DNA of 64,000 nt from an uncultured candidate division Zixibacteria bacterium (GTDB lineage Bacteria > Zixibacteria > MSB-5A5 > GN15 > FEB-12), in assembly GCA_963664195.1 (NCBI GenBank), contig OY760907.1, forward strand, positions 288,001-352,000, written 5' to 3'. The position numbers and the translations under genes were made by a program. This document shows, piece after piece, positions 39,814 to 49,938 of this stretch; the first letter of the stretch is position 1; each line of letters starts with the position of its first letter. The notes beneath the pieces were generated by a model that was not told the origin of the DNA, ran no database searches, and saw nothing but the letters and a program-made list of their open reading frames with translations.

Positions 39814-40030
39814 ACATCCGGGCAATTTGCATCGACTGATCGTTCCTTTTTTCTTGATCCCGTATTTGTCAAACCATTAATTGATTCTGAAGTACCTTCG
39901 GTGGGCAGCCACTAACAGCTTGATGGGATCACTGCTGCCGAAGGGAACAGGAACTGTGAACAGACGATTGATCGCAAGGAACACAAAAACTCTAACGAAA
40001 CTTCATAAGAATGACAGAAAGGAATCTGAC

Positions 40031-41281
40031 ATGAAGACAACAGGTATTATTCTACTCGTACTGATGGCACTGTGTGCCGGCGCATTTGCCTCTGAAACCC
40101 GCACCCTGGTCATGGGCCAGAACGACGGTATCATGGTCGACGACTACAATATGTACCGCTTCCCGGGCAGGACGTTCGACTATCCGAATTTGGCCATCGG
40201 GGAGTTCTGCGCCCCTGATGATTTCTATCAGATGGGTATTAACTGGAAGTTCGGCGATGAGAATCCGTGGGTGCTCGCCACACACATTTCGTCGTTGTCT
40301 CCGTTGGTACCGGTAGACTATTCCGGTGGCAGTCTGGCCGATTTCGATATATTGTACGACCAGAACCACCGTATCGATCTTTTCTACGGCCGTCGGCTAG
40401 GTAACAACAATTTCGGGTTTAGTTTCGAGTTTGTACGCAGTGCGCAGAAGGAAGAATTGTCAATGGTCACGGATCCGGCGACTCCGACGGTTACGGTCGA
40501 AGAGAAGTTCTCGTATATGGAGTTCGGTATCGGCCTGACCGAAGGATCTTCCGGGAAGTGGGATGTGGCGGCCAATTTCGGTTTTGGTACCTGGACCGAT
40601 GACGATACTCTCGGGGTCAAGGAAACCGAGCCGGATGGTCTCTCTCAATTCTCACTGGAAGGTCGCTACTTCTGGGTGAAGAACCCGACCGTGACGTTGG
40701 TTCCGCACGCCGGTCTGTCCTTTGGCAAGCGCGGCGTGAAGGAGTTTGCGGTCAATTATATTGACCAGGTTGACACTACCTTGCTTGATCGCACGACCAG
40801 TGGATCTGCATTTGGGTTTGATCTGGGTTTGGGCATGAACTACACGTCCGGCCAGAACATGCTGGCAGTCTGTGACCTGGGCATTATGTACCAGAAGGTC
40901 AGTACGGATATCGAGTACAACCAGAACTACATCGACTCCGGCTATGTGAACGTAGAGAGAGAACAGAAGAATCTTTCCATTCCGTATATCAAACTGGGTT
41001 TTGAGGCCGAAGTTTTCAAATGGATGGATGTCCGTCTCGGTGCCACCACGTACTGGAACATCGATAAGAATGAGTTGCAGACAGTCCTCGGCTCCTCCTC
41101 CAGCACGACCAACTGGGCGAACAACGACACCTACATGGGATTCGGCCTTCACTGGGGCAACCTGTACATCGACACGTACACCGATCCTGAGTTGATACTC
41201 GACGGATTCAATTTCATTTCCGGATCAGACGATGTCGAGGACATGAACGCAATGGTCTCCGTGACCTACGAAATGTTCTAA
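40031..41281 (+). CDS. Outer-membrane beta-barrel protein
   Basis: Signal MKTTGIILLVLMALCAGAFA; amphipathic beta strands; terminal Phe. Confidence 0.75.
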   Translation: MKTTGIILLVLMALCAGAFASETRTLVMGQNDGIMVDDYNMYRFPGRTFDYPNLAIGEFCAPDDFYQMGINWKFGDENPWVLATHISSLSPLVPVDYSGGSLADFDILYDQNHRIDLFYGRRLGNNNFGFSFEFVRSAQKEELSMVTDPATPTVTVEEKFSYMEFGIGLTEGSSGKWDVAANFGFGTWTDDDTLGVKETEPDGLSQFSLEGRYFWVKNPTVTLVPHAGLSFGKRGVKEFAVNYIDQVDTTLLDRTTSGSAFGFDLGLGMNYTSGQNMLAVCDLGIMYQKVSTDIEYNQNYIDSGYVNVEREQKNLSIPYIKLGFEAEVFKWMDVRLGATTYWNIDKNELQTVLGSSSSTTNWANNDTYMGFGLHWGNLYIDTYTDPELILDGFNFISGSDDVEDMNAMVSVTYEMF

Positions 41282-41307
41282 TTCCAGACGACAAACGCGA
41301 ATACGCA

Positions 41308-41342
41308 AAGCCCGATCCCTTTTGTGGGGTCGGGTTTCTTTT
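41308..41342 (+). terminator. Rho-independent terminator
   Basis: GCCCGATCCC..GGGGTCGGGT followed by TTCTTTT. Confidence 0.7.
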
Positions 41343-41643
41343 GTGTGAGCTGCGTGGGTAGCAGGTCGAACTCATCGCTCGATAATCGTGACGAGCAGGG
41401 GACTCATCGCGATGCTATCATCCCTACCGGTTTCGATTCGTGGAGACGACGCCCATCCGCCTGCTTCGAGTTTCGGGATACGTTGTGGGCCGACGAGGAC
41501 CGCAGATTGCTTTGTAGGGCAGAACCCGCATCCATACACTCTCGTATCTTCTCTGATTGTCGGAGCGGTTCTGCCATCGTCCGCCGGTGGCGGACTCCCT
41601 TTCCCGTCAGGTCTGAAGACATATCTGACCTGCAAGAGCCGAG

Positions 41644-43116
41644 CTACTTCGACTCTTCCAGCTTCTTCACGAGGTAGTTTCGTTCAAGGCGAAGCCCCCC
41701 CTGCGTGGCGAGCGAAATCATCGAACGCAGCGTGTCGTCATCCATTGCCTGCGTACGGTTGACACAGTCGGCAAACAGCACGTGACGGACCTCGTCCATA
41801 ATCTTGATCGGCACTGCCGCGAACGCCGTCGCTCCCAACCGCTCGAAATCGTCTTGATCAACCATCTCACCGTAGACCTCCGGACTGTTGCCCACAACAG
41901 ACACCGGCTCACCCTCGGCACGAAGATACCTGAACAGGCCTTTTTTCGAGGAGAAATTCAGGGTCTGCACAGATTGCTGTGACTCAAATCCAAAGCCGAC
42001 CCGGCCTGAGAACGTGCTCCATTTGGGATCGTAGTCGAAAAGCACCACACGGCCCATCTGCAATCCCCGGAAGGTCGCCTCGCAAATAACCTGCATGATT
42101 TCGTCATCGGTGCCTGCCTGCGTGAGTGCTCCGGCCGCATTCTGGAGAAAAGCGAGCTGGACTTCTTTGGAAGTCAACTGCTGGCGGATCGCCGCTTCTT
42201 CCCCCTCAATCGGGCTGCATTTCTCAAACTCGCTGGCGATGTCAATCTCAAGCTCTTTGGCAATCTCCGCGACTTCTTCGCGACAGGTGGACAACAGACC
42301 GATCATGGCTTCATCGCTGACTCCGACCAATTCCCTGGCTTCTCTCATCAGGGCAGCATAGGCCGTCGATGACGGGACCGCGTTGCTCATTATGTGCGGG
42401 TAAACCCTGTCGCCGAGATACACGAGGTCAACCAGCAGGTGGCTGGATTTTTCGCCCGGCATCTTACCGATACGATGGTGCTCCGAAATCGTCTTCACGA
42501 GACTATCCGGCAGATTCCACCCGCCTGCTACGTGCTCGCCGACCTCAAGATGATCCGTTCCGAGCAGGATTCGCTCGGTCTCGAAGATGTCGGGCAACTC
42601 AGCGTCGAGCCTGCTTATCTCCTGGTATTTGTCCGGGTACACACCGGCGAGTATCGCTTGACCGATGTCATGCATGAAACCGCCGATGAAAGCTACTTCG
42701 ACAAGTTTCGGCTTGTTCAGCGCCCGCGCGAGATATTTGGCAGTAACACCGCAGGCCAGAGATCGCGTCCAGAAACCGACGATATCGAAATTAGAATTCT
42801 TGGATATTTTATTGACGACTTCGTACACCGCCATTGATATGGCTATGTTCCGGACCGCCCGGAATCCCATCAGAATGATGCCGTGCGTCACGGTATTTAT
42901 TTTGCCGGAAAAGTCCCCATAGTAAACGGAGTTGGACATGCGGAGAATTCGCGAGGTCAACTGGTGATCCGAAAGAATACAGTTGGCCAGATCCGCCGCA
43001 GATGATTTCGGGTTTTCGGATATCTGCTTGATCTTCAGAATGATCTGAGGAATCGAGGGCAGGTTAGAAAACTTCTCGAGCTTCTTCTGGAGTTGCTTAT
43101 CGGTAATCGGGCTCAT
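41644..43116 (-). CDS. HDOD + GAF domain protein
   Basis: LPSIP, D..LT.RILR..NS.YY, MHDIG, W.LP, HH; GAF-like C-terminus. Confidence 0.88.
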   Translation of the reverse strand: MSPITDKQLQKKLEKFSNLPSIPQIILKIKQISENPKSSAADLANCILSDHQLTSRILRMSNSVYYGDFSGKINTVTHGIILMGFRAVRNIAISMAVYEVVNKISKNSNFDIVGFWTRSLACGVTAKYLARALNKPKLVEVAFIGGFMHDIGQAILAGVYPDKYQEISRLDAELPDIFETERILLGTDHLEVGEHVAGGWNLPDSLVKTISEHHRIGKMPGEKSSHLLVDLVYLGDRVYPHIMSNAVPSSTAYAALMREARELVGVSDEAMIGLLSTCREEVAEIAKELEIDIASEFEKCSPIEGEEAAIRQQLTSKEVQLAFLQNAAGALTQAGTDDEIMQVICEATFRGLQMGRVVLFDYDPKWSTFSGRVGFGFESQQSVQTLNFSSKKGLFRYLRAEGEPVSVVGNSPEVYGEMVDQDDFERLGATAFAAVPIKIMDEVRHVLFADCVNRTQAMDDDTLRSMISLATQGGLRLERNYLVKKLEESK

Positions 43117-44012
43117 AACTCTTCAAACACACCCATTTCAGCTTCGTAACGGTCGCGGAATTGATCATCAATGGCGGCGATTTTGTCCTCGTTCAACGAT
43201 AGTGCCTGTGCCGAATCGAGATTCGCCAGATCTTCCACATAGTAGTCGGTAAACCCAACCTGTAATCTCTTCGCCATGTAGTTCGCCAGATGAATGACAT
43301 GCGGCACAAGAGTATCGGCCGTGTCATCCATTTCGGGAAGGTTGTGGTGCAACTCAATGCCCCGAATCAAACTCGATGGAAACGACCATTTCTCCAGCAA
43401 CACGGCAGCCACATCGCAATGCGTGAAACCGAACACTCGCAGTTCGATTTCGTCGAACCGACCGGCGGTTTCCTCTACCTGCGCGATGATCTTGCGGTAC
43501 TTCTCGGACAGCCTCTGGATCATAACCAGCTTGCCGATGTCATGCATCAGGGCCGCGATGAATACTTCTTCGCTCTCCGGGTGACCGACAGCATCGGCCA
43601 GTTGCCTCGCGGCCACCGCAGTCGACAGGGAATGTCGCCAGAGTTTTGCCTCGGGGCCGTTTTTGTCCTCTCTCTTAAACATCCCGTAAGCAGAAGTCGC
43701 GACCACTATGGATCTGACGGTGAAGAAACCAAGTATCAACACGGCCTCCTGGAGCGATTTGACGCCGCCTGATCGACCGTAAAACGAGGAATTGGAGAGT
43801 TTCAGCACCTTGGCCGTCAGCGATTGATCAGAGGACAGCACACGGGAGACGTCGACCAGCTTGGAATTAAGATCAGAGGTCAAGCCCATAACCGTACTGA
43901 CGATAGCGGGTGAAGCCGGAAGATCCCCGATCGTGGCAATGATACTGTCGAGTACATGCCCGTTGCCGACGTGTCCCCCGCCTGAGAGGGCTTGCTGAGA
44001 AGTCGAATCCAT
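43113..44012 (-). CDS. HDOD domain protein
   Basis: LPASP, DQSLTAKVLKLSNSSFY, LWRHS, MHDIGK, W.FP. Confidence 0.9.
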   Translation of the reverse strand: MDSTSQQALSGGGHVGNGHVLDSIIATIGDLPASPAIVSTVMGLTSDLNSKLVDVSRVLSSDQSLTAKVLKLSNSSFYGRSGGVKSLQEAVLILGFFTVRSIVVATSAYGMFKREDKNGPEAKLWRHSLSTAVAARQLADAVGHPESEEVFIAALMHDIGKLVMIQRLSEKYRKIIAQVEETAGRFDEIELRVFGFTHCDVAAVLLEKWSFPSSLIRGIELHHNLPEMDDTADTLVPHVIHLANYMAKRLQVGFTDYYVEDLANLDSAQALSLNEDKIAAIDDQFRDRYEAEMGVFEEL

Positions 44013-44087
44013 ATGTAGGGTTATCGGCAGTCTCCGAGGAGAGGTTGAGAGGCAGATGCGATGTGTTTTGCGTACGAGGTTCAAACG

Positions 44088-44112
44088 AAAAGCCCACCGG
44101 AACGGTGGGCTT
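44088..44112 (-). terminator. Rho-independent terminator
   Basis: AAGCCCACCG/CGGTGGGCTT stem plus T run. Confidence 0.7.
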
Positions 44113-44144
44113 CAGAAATTCGGGTATGTCTAAAAAGAAAGAGA

Positions 44145-44588
44145 TCAGCCGCGATGAGCCAGTTCGTCCAGAAAATCGGCCATGGTCTTGGCACCGGCCG
44201 TATCGGGATAAGAGGCAATCTCCACCGGGATCATTTCCGGAATTGGCTTGCCGGTTAGTTCCTGCAGTCGCGCGCGTACAATGTCGCTCAACCGTCGGAC
44301 CACAACCTCAGCCTCCTGACGGGAGGTCTCGGGAAACAACAGGGCCAACGCCCCCTCACCGACAAGCTCAGCCTGGTCACATCCACGAACGTGGGTCCTG
44401 ACACGCTCCAGAATCTCGGGCAGCACATGCACAAAGGCCTCACCGGCCGATTGACGGGCAGGCTCAAGGTCCATTACGGACAGAGACACAAAAATCCGAT
44501 ACCTTTCGGCTCTGGAGAGTTCTACGCCAGCTGTGTCGAAAAAGGATCGGTCCATCGTTCCCGTCCTTGCTGAAAATCTAGTTGCCAT
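44145..44588 (-). CDS. Degenerate GGDEF-like domain protein
   Basis: FF...ELSRAERY...S...MD, VRGCD, ALLFPET...A; the active-site position reads VGEGA. Alternative start at 44555. Confidence 0.65.
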   Translation of the reverse strand: MATRFSARTGTMDRSFFDTAGVELSRAERYRIFVSLSVMDLEPARQSAGEAFVHVLPEILERVRTHVRGCDQAELVGEGALALLFPETSRQEAEVVVRRLSDIVRARLQELTGKPIPEMIPVEIASYPDTAGAKTMADFLDELAHRG

Positions 44589-44648
44589 CAGACCAGCCTT
44601 ACCACTACAAAGTTCTCAAGCACAGTTGCCCGTGGACTCATAAGAAAA

Positions 44649-44663
44649 GCAACTGCCATTCCA
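44649..44663 (-). promoter_or_regulatory. Sigma54-type promoter
   Basis: TGGAATGGCAGTTGC (GG-N10-GC). Confidence 0.55.
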
Positions 44664-44886
44664 AACCGTGAAAATCCGGTTAATCAATCCTAACTATTCT
44701 GTAAACGGGACAAAGAGGTGCGGAAAGGCCCGCTAACTCACATTCCAGAGAAGGCTTACGTCTGGCACTGTACGGCTCACAATCGGGGCAACGTGTATGT
44801 ACACATCTCGATCATGCAACGGCATGCTCAATTATTGCACAGAGGAGTTATATCTATGAAAGGTCTTGGTAGAACAAATCGGCGAC

Positions 44887-46320
44887 TTATTTCGTTGTGT
44901 TAAGATCGTAATCCTTGATCTTGTACAACAGCGAACGGTAGCTGATCTGAAGAAGCTCAGCTGCTTTGCGTCGATTCCAGTTCGTACGGGTCAGTACCTG
45001 CGAAATGAGGCGTTTCTCTTCCTCAGCGATCTTTTTTCCGATTCTCGCTTTCAGAGAGAAGTCCTCGGGATCATCTTCCTCAGCAACGCCGGGATTGGCC
45101 GCAACAGCCACGGATGAAGGCGTAGTCCCTCCGCTAACCGCCTGATGACTGGCAGAGGCGATTAACTCGCAGATAATCTGTTCGTCTGAGCGCACCACCA
45201 CCTGCTTGATCATGTTTTCGAGTTGGCGCACGTTGCCCGGCCAGAAGAACTGGTTCAACTTACCCATCGTCTCAGACGAGACCGAAGGGCATTCCTTGCC
45301 GTACAGCTGATTGTACCTCTCAAGGAAGTGATTCACCAACAGGGGAACATCCCCCGGCCGCTCCCTGAGAGGCGGCAGGAAGAGAGTTATTTCGTTGAGA
45401 CGATAGAAGAGGTCGTCGCGGAACTGACGTTCGTTGATGGCCTGTTCAAGGTCACGATTGGTCGCGCAGACGATGCGGACGTCGACACGGATATTCTGAA
45501 TTCCCCCGACCCTCACGAATTCCTGCTGTTCCAGCACCTGGAGAAGCTTCGATTGCAGGTCATGGGGCATATCGCCGATTTCATCGAGGAATATCGTTCC
45601 CTTGTTGGCCAGCTCAAACCGTCCCTGCTTGGTCTTATGAGCGCCTGTGAAAGCGCCTTTTTCGTATCCAAACAACTCGGCCTCAAGAAGGTCACGCGGG
45701 ATCGCGGCACAGTTGACTTTGACAAAAGGCTGGTTGCGTCGGCCGGAAAGTTGATGCAGAGAGCGGGCAGCGATTTCCTTACCGGTACCGGATTCACCAC
45801 GAATCAGAACCGAAAGCTCGGAATCTGCCACCTGCTCGATCAACGACTTGACGCGCACCATCGGCTCGGAATCACCCACAAAAGCGGTGTAATCGTTGCG
45901 GACCGCCAGCTCTTTTTTCAGCTCGACGACTTCCTCCCTGAGCTTGACACGCTCAAGGACACCGTTGATATGGATCTCCACCTCACGGACATCGAACGGC
46001 TTGTCGATAAACTCAGCCGCTCCGAGACGCATGGATTCCACCACATACTTAGTGTCACCATGACCGGAAATCATTATCACTTCCGGACGTACGTCCTGCT
46101 TGTTGAGTTTCTCGAGCACCTCAAGACCGGTCATGCCCGGCATCTTGATGTCCAGAAGGATCAGGTCGGGTTTCTCGGTAGAAACCATCTGGATGCCCTC
46201 GATACCGTCACGGGCAGTGACGAATTCGAAGTTCGATGACATACCCTCGGAGAGAATCCAGGCTACCTTTGGGTCATCATCGATAACCAGTACTTTTGTT
46301 TTTGCTTTGTCTTTTGCCAT
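44887..46320 (-). CDS. NtrC-family sigma54 response regulator
   Basis: REC domain; [22 protein letters not shown]; Fis-type HTH. Confidence 0.95.
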   Translation of the reverse strand: MAKDKAKTKVLVIDDDPKVAWILSEGMSSNFEFVTARDGIEGIQMVSTEKPDLILLDIKMPGMTGLEVLEKLNKQDVRPEVIMISGHGDTKYVVESMRLGAAEFIDKPFDVREVEIHINGVLERVKLREEVVELKKELAVRNDYTAFVGDSEPMVRVKSLIEQVADSELSVLIRGESGTGKEIAARSLHQLSGRRNQPFVKVNCAAIPRDLLEAELFGYEKGAFTGAHKTKQGRFELANKGTIFLDEIGDMPHDLQSKLLQVLEQQEFVRVGGIQNIRVDVRIVCATNRDLEQAINERQFRDDLFYRLNEITLFLPPLRERPGDVPLLVNHFLERYNQLYGKECPSVSSETMGKLNQFFWPGNVRQLENMIKQVVVRSDEQIICELIASASHQAVSGGTTPSSVAVAANPGVAEEDDPEDFSLKARIGKKIAEEEKRLISQVLTRTNWNRRKAAELLQISYRSLLYKIKDYDLNTTK

Positions 46321-46422
46321 AATTTGGTCAGTCTGTTACCGCTAAGTATCGGCAAATGAGCCTGCAAATCAAGCTCATTTCCTACTTCTGTTGCCGCTTT
46401 GTCGCAAGAAAATGCAACCAGA

Positions 46423-48564
46423 TCATTGAATATACGGCAAATAGACCGTGAATGTCGTCCCTTTGCCATCTTCCGATTCAATATGCAACGTTCCGCTATG
46501 CGATGAAATCACACGCTCCACCACGGCCAACCCCAGCCCGGTGCCGGTATCTTTGGACGTGTAGTACCGATCAAACACCCTGGAAAGATGCTCCTTCTTG
46601 ATGCCAACACCGGAATCGATCACTTTAATCGCGAGATATCGTTCTTTTTTGTGGGGCGGCTTTTCGATAAGCCCACGGATTTCGAGCTTGCCGCCGTCCC
46701 GCATCGCGTCAATAGCGTTGATCATCACATTCAGAAAGACTTCCATCATCTGGTTCTTGTTTATGATCACATCCCAGTTGGCCTCGTCGAAATCGTAGCT
46801 AAATTCAATCTTGCTGCGCCGCAAATCTGGTCCGATCAATTCGGCTGCGCGAAGAATAATCTGCCTGAGATCGGCTTTGCTCGTCTCGTAGCGATTGGGG
46901 TTCGAAAAGTCCACCAGTTCACGAACGAGTTCGTTCATGCGATGAACCTCATCCTCCGCCAGTTGGAAGAAATCGGAGTTCTCAGCAACTTCGGGCCATC
47001 GGCCGCGCAGAATCTGCAAACCGCCCTTAATCGATGTCAGTGGCTTGCGCAAATCGTGAGAGATCTCAGAAATCATATTTCCCATCGTCATCAGGCGAGT
47101 AGCATTCAGCAGCGCCTTTTCTTTTTCAAACAGCACAGCCGCCTGCGAGATGACCAGGCGAGCCAGCGAAATGTCCTCGTCGCTGTATGCGCGATCCGAA
47201 TCTGATCCCAGGTAAAAGACAAAATTGAGTTCTCCCTGATGCGTGATCGGCACTGCCATGTATGCGTTTTTTGGTGCCGGATAATGCGCGTTTTCCTTGA
47301 GCTTCTCTCCAAGGAATCGGGACAGCCGCGCAATATCTGACGTGTCAAACTCATCCAGATCGACATTGGTGATGAGCGTGGCCGTGCGCTGAATCTTGCC
47401 CAGATCGATCTTGCCGCTATCTGTGAGCGGGATAGGCACCTCGCCGATTACACCGTTGGGAATCAGGCACTTATTGGCACGATCCCAGTCAAACCAGATA
47501 GCGTAATCAACTTCAAATACCCGTTTCAACTTGTCAATCAGAGCCGTCCGAAAACTTACCATGGAGTCAATGGCCGGTAACTCGTTTGCGATCTCGTGGA
47601 GAATCTCAAACTCTGCCAGCCGACGTCGGTTGCGGTCGAATTGGCGGGCATCATCAACTGCAATGGCCGCCTGCGAAGCGAAATTGGTCAGCAGGCGAAG
47701 ATCATCCTCGGTGAAACTCTGACCGTCTGATTTGTTAGCCATGTTGATTACGCCCAAAACCGTGTTCTTGATCCGCAACGGTGCGCACAGGAGCGAGGCT
47801 CCTCCGTACCGCTCACGGCTGGTGCGTTTGAAGCGGGGATCGTTCTCCACGTCCCCGACAACCAGTGCTTCGCCGGTCTTGGCTACGTAGCCGGCAATCG
47901 ACGCCCCAAGCGGGAGGCGTGTCTTCTCGATGACTTCGCTCTCAAGCCCGATTGCAGCCTCAATCGTGAGAAACTCGTGCTGCTCGTCCACAAGCATAAT
48001 GGAACCGACGTTTGCCTCGGTAACGGTTGACGCAAGAACAACAATCTGCAGCAACAGCTTGGTGAGGTTGGCCGAGGATCCAATAGACTTGCCAGCCTCG
48101 TACAGGGCGTTCAGTTCTCCCACACGACGCTTCAGAATCAGGTTGGAGAGTTTGAGTTCTTCCATTAACCGAAGGCGGGACAGTTCGTTGCGCCGAAGGG
48201 TCAGGGCGCGATTGACCACCATCTCGAGGTGTGGGAACGCGATCGGCTTGAGCAGATAATCGTAGGCCCCTTTGCTGATAGCATCCAGAGCGGAATCGAG
48301 CGAGGCATTGCCGGTCAACAATATCACCGGTATCATCTCGTCGATTTCCTTGACCGTCCGGAGAATCTCCAGACCGTCCATTTCAGGCATGCGAATATCC
48401 GTAATGACAAGATCAACTTTGCCGTCACGAATAGCGGTCAAAGCCTGCGGTGGACTCTGGAAGCCGGTCGTCTGGTATCCCTCGCCCTGCAGCAAAGTGG
48501 TGAGGGAATCGCACATCCGTTTCTCGTCGTCGATGATTACAATCTTAGCTGTCGGTTTTGTCAT
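46423..48564 (-). CDS. REC-GAF-GAF histidine kinase
   Basis: REC domain; GAF (LGVINMANK..F..DD); HDLRKPL; N, G1 and G2 boxes. Confidence 0.92.
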   Translation of the reverse strand: MTKPTAKIVIIDDEKRMCDSLTTLLQGEGYQTTGFQSPPQALTAIRDGKVDLVITDIRMPEMDGLEILRTVKEIDEMIPVILLTGNASLDSALDAISKGAYDYLLKPIAFPHLEMVVNRALTLRRNELSRLRLMEELKLSNLILKRRVGELNALYEAGKSIGSSANLTKLLLQIVVLASTVTEANVGSIMLVDEQHEFLTIEAAIGLESEVIEKTRLPLGASIAGYVAKTGEALVVGDVENDPRFKRTSRERYGGASLLCAPLRIKNTVLGVINMANKSDGQSFTEDDLRLLTNFASQAAIAVDDARQFDRNRRRLAEFEILHEIANELPAIDSMVSFRTALIDKLKRVFEVDYAIWFDWDRANKCLIPNGVIGEVPIPLTDSGKIDLGKIQRTATLITNVDLDEFDTSDIARLSRFLGEKLKENAHYPAPKNAYMAVPITHQGELNFVFYLGSDSDRAYSDEDISLARLVISQAAVLFEKEKALLNATRLMTMGNMISEISHDLRKPLTSIKGGLQILRGRWPEVAENSDFFQLAEDEVHRMNELVRELVDFSNPNRYETSKADLRQIILRAAELIGPDLRRSKIEFSYDFDEANWDVIINKNQMMEVFLNVMINAIDAMRDGGKLEIRGLIEKPPHKKERYLAIKVIDSGVGIKKEHLSRVFDRYYTSKDTGTGLGLAVVERVISSHSGTLHIESEDGKGTTFTVYLPYIQ

Positions 48565-48576
48565 GTCCTTACCGGT

Positions 48577-49938
48577 CTAGTCAAGCAGTGGCAGGAGGAT
48601 TTCGAAATATCCCCCCGGGTCGGAATCTTTATAACTTATCGACCCACCGTGACTTCTTATTATCCCGTGGCAGACAGAAAGTCCTAATCCGGTACCCTTG
48701 TCGCCTTTGGTGGTAAAAAACGGCTCGAAAATACGAGGGATGATATCAGGAGGTATTCCCTCGCCGGTATCCCTGAACAGAATTTGCAGGCTATTCTCGC
48801 ACCGTTTCAATTCAATAATCAGGTTGCCGCCGGACTCCATGGCCGACCGCGCATTGACGATTAGATTGAGAAATACCTGCTTCAGACTATCGCCGTTACC
48901 ATTAACTCTGCGGTCAGTATCTTCAAACCTGCGCACAACGATTATACTGGATGACTTCAACTGACGTTCCGTCAGTTCGAGAGTGTTTTCGAGAACCTCA
49001 CGAACATCCACCGGCCTGAATTCCATAGTAACCGGCCTCTGGAACTCGCGCATTTGGCCGACGATATTAGCAATTCGGTCAATCTCCTGGCTGACTATCT
49101 CGGAATACTCCTCGATTGACTTCCGCCCTTTGCCCTCACGTTTCAGCAAGAGGACATAGTTCTTGATGATGCCAAGCGGGTTATTGACCTCATGGGCTAT
49201 TTTGGCCGACATCTCGCCGAGTGCCGCGAGCCTCTCGGTCTGCACCAGTTGCTGTTGTGCGGCGCGCAATTGCTCGATGGCCAGCTTCTCGGCTTCGTAC
49301 AGGCGGGCGTTTTCGATCGCAACCGATATCTGGTTGCCGAGAGCAGAAAGGAACTCCATGTCATCCGGGGTAAAATCTGTTTCGGAAATCTTGTCAGCCA
49401 ATACAAAAAGCCCCGTTAGATGAGTCTGGTGGATTAAAGGGACAACCACTCCTTTGGAGAATCCCTTCAGGATTTCCATTTCATCGGGAGGCACCATCTC
49501 CTCGGAAAGCTCGCGCACGAACACCGGCCGGTTCAACTTGGCGAGATACTTGGCCAGTTGCGTATCGTCGCGGAAAAAATCCTCCGGCCGTGGCAAGTGC
49601 CCGGAACCTTTGGTGCGAACGAGATAGAATCTATTGGCATAAATGTGCCGCCGAAGGAAAATCGCTCCCTTGAGTGATCCAAGCTGCCCCAGGCAGGTGA
49701 AGATGAACGTCTCCAGCAAAAGCTCGTAGTCCAACACGGCATTGAAGTTCCGACTGATCTCGAAGATCGTGTACAGGTCGAACACTTTCCGCTTCAACTG
49801 ACGGTTGGTGACGCTCAGTTGGTCGATCTTCTCCTCGAGATCCGGGACTTTCCGCACCTGCGGTTCCCCGGTCGGTGTCGGCTTGACCACTGGGGCCGGA
49901 CTGGCCGCTTTTTTCCTGTTGGATCGTCGAGCGTTCAT
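48577..49938 (-). CDS. GAF histidine kinase
   Basis: AHEVNNPL, FEPFFTTK, GTGLGL. ATG 49938 overlaps the folC stop. Confidence 0.92.
   Translation of the reverse strand: MNARRSNRKKAASPAPVVKPTPTGEPQVRKVPDLEEKIDQLSVTNRQLKRKVFDLYTIFEISRNFNAVLDYELLLETFIFTCLGQLGSLKGAIFLRRHIYANRFYLVRTKGSGHLPRPEDFFRDDTQLAKYLAKLNRPVFVRELSEEMVPPDEMEILKGFSKGVVVPLIHQTHLTGLFVLADKISETDFTPDDMEFLSALGNQISVAIENARLYEAEKLAIEQLRAAQQQLVQTERLAALGEMSAKIAHEVNNPLGIIKNYVLLLKREGKGRKSIEEYSEIVSQEIDRIANIVGQMREFQRPVTMEFRPVDVREVLENTLELTERQLKSSSIIVVRRFEDTDRRVNGNGDSLKQVFLNLIVNARSAMESGGNLIIELKRCENSLQILFRDTGEGIPPDIIPRIFEPFFTTKGDKGTGLGLSVCHGIIRSHGGSISYKDSDPGGYFEILLPLLD

Noticed and set aside
45223..46239. Long plus-strand ORF (likewise 53617-54753)
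   Set aside because: Antisense shadows of the NtrC and PorX genes.
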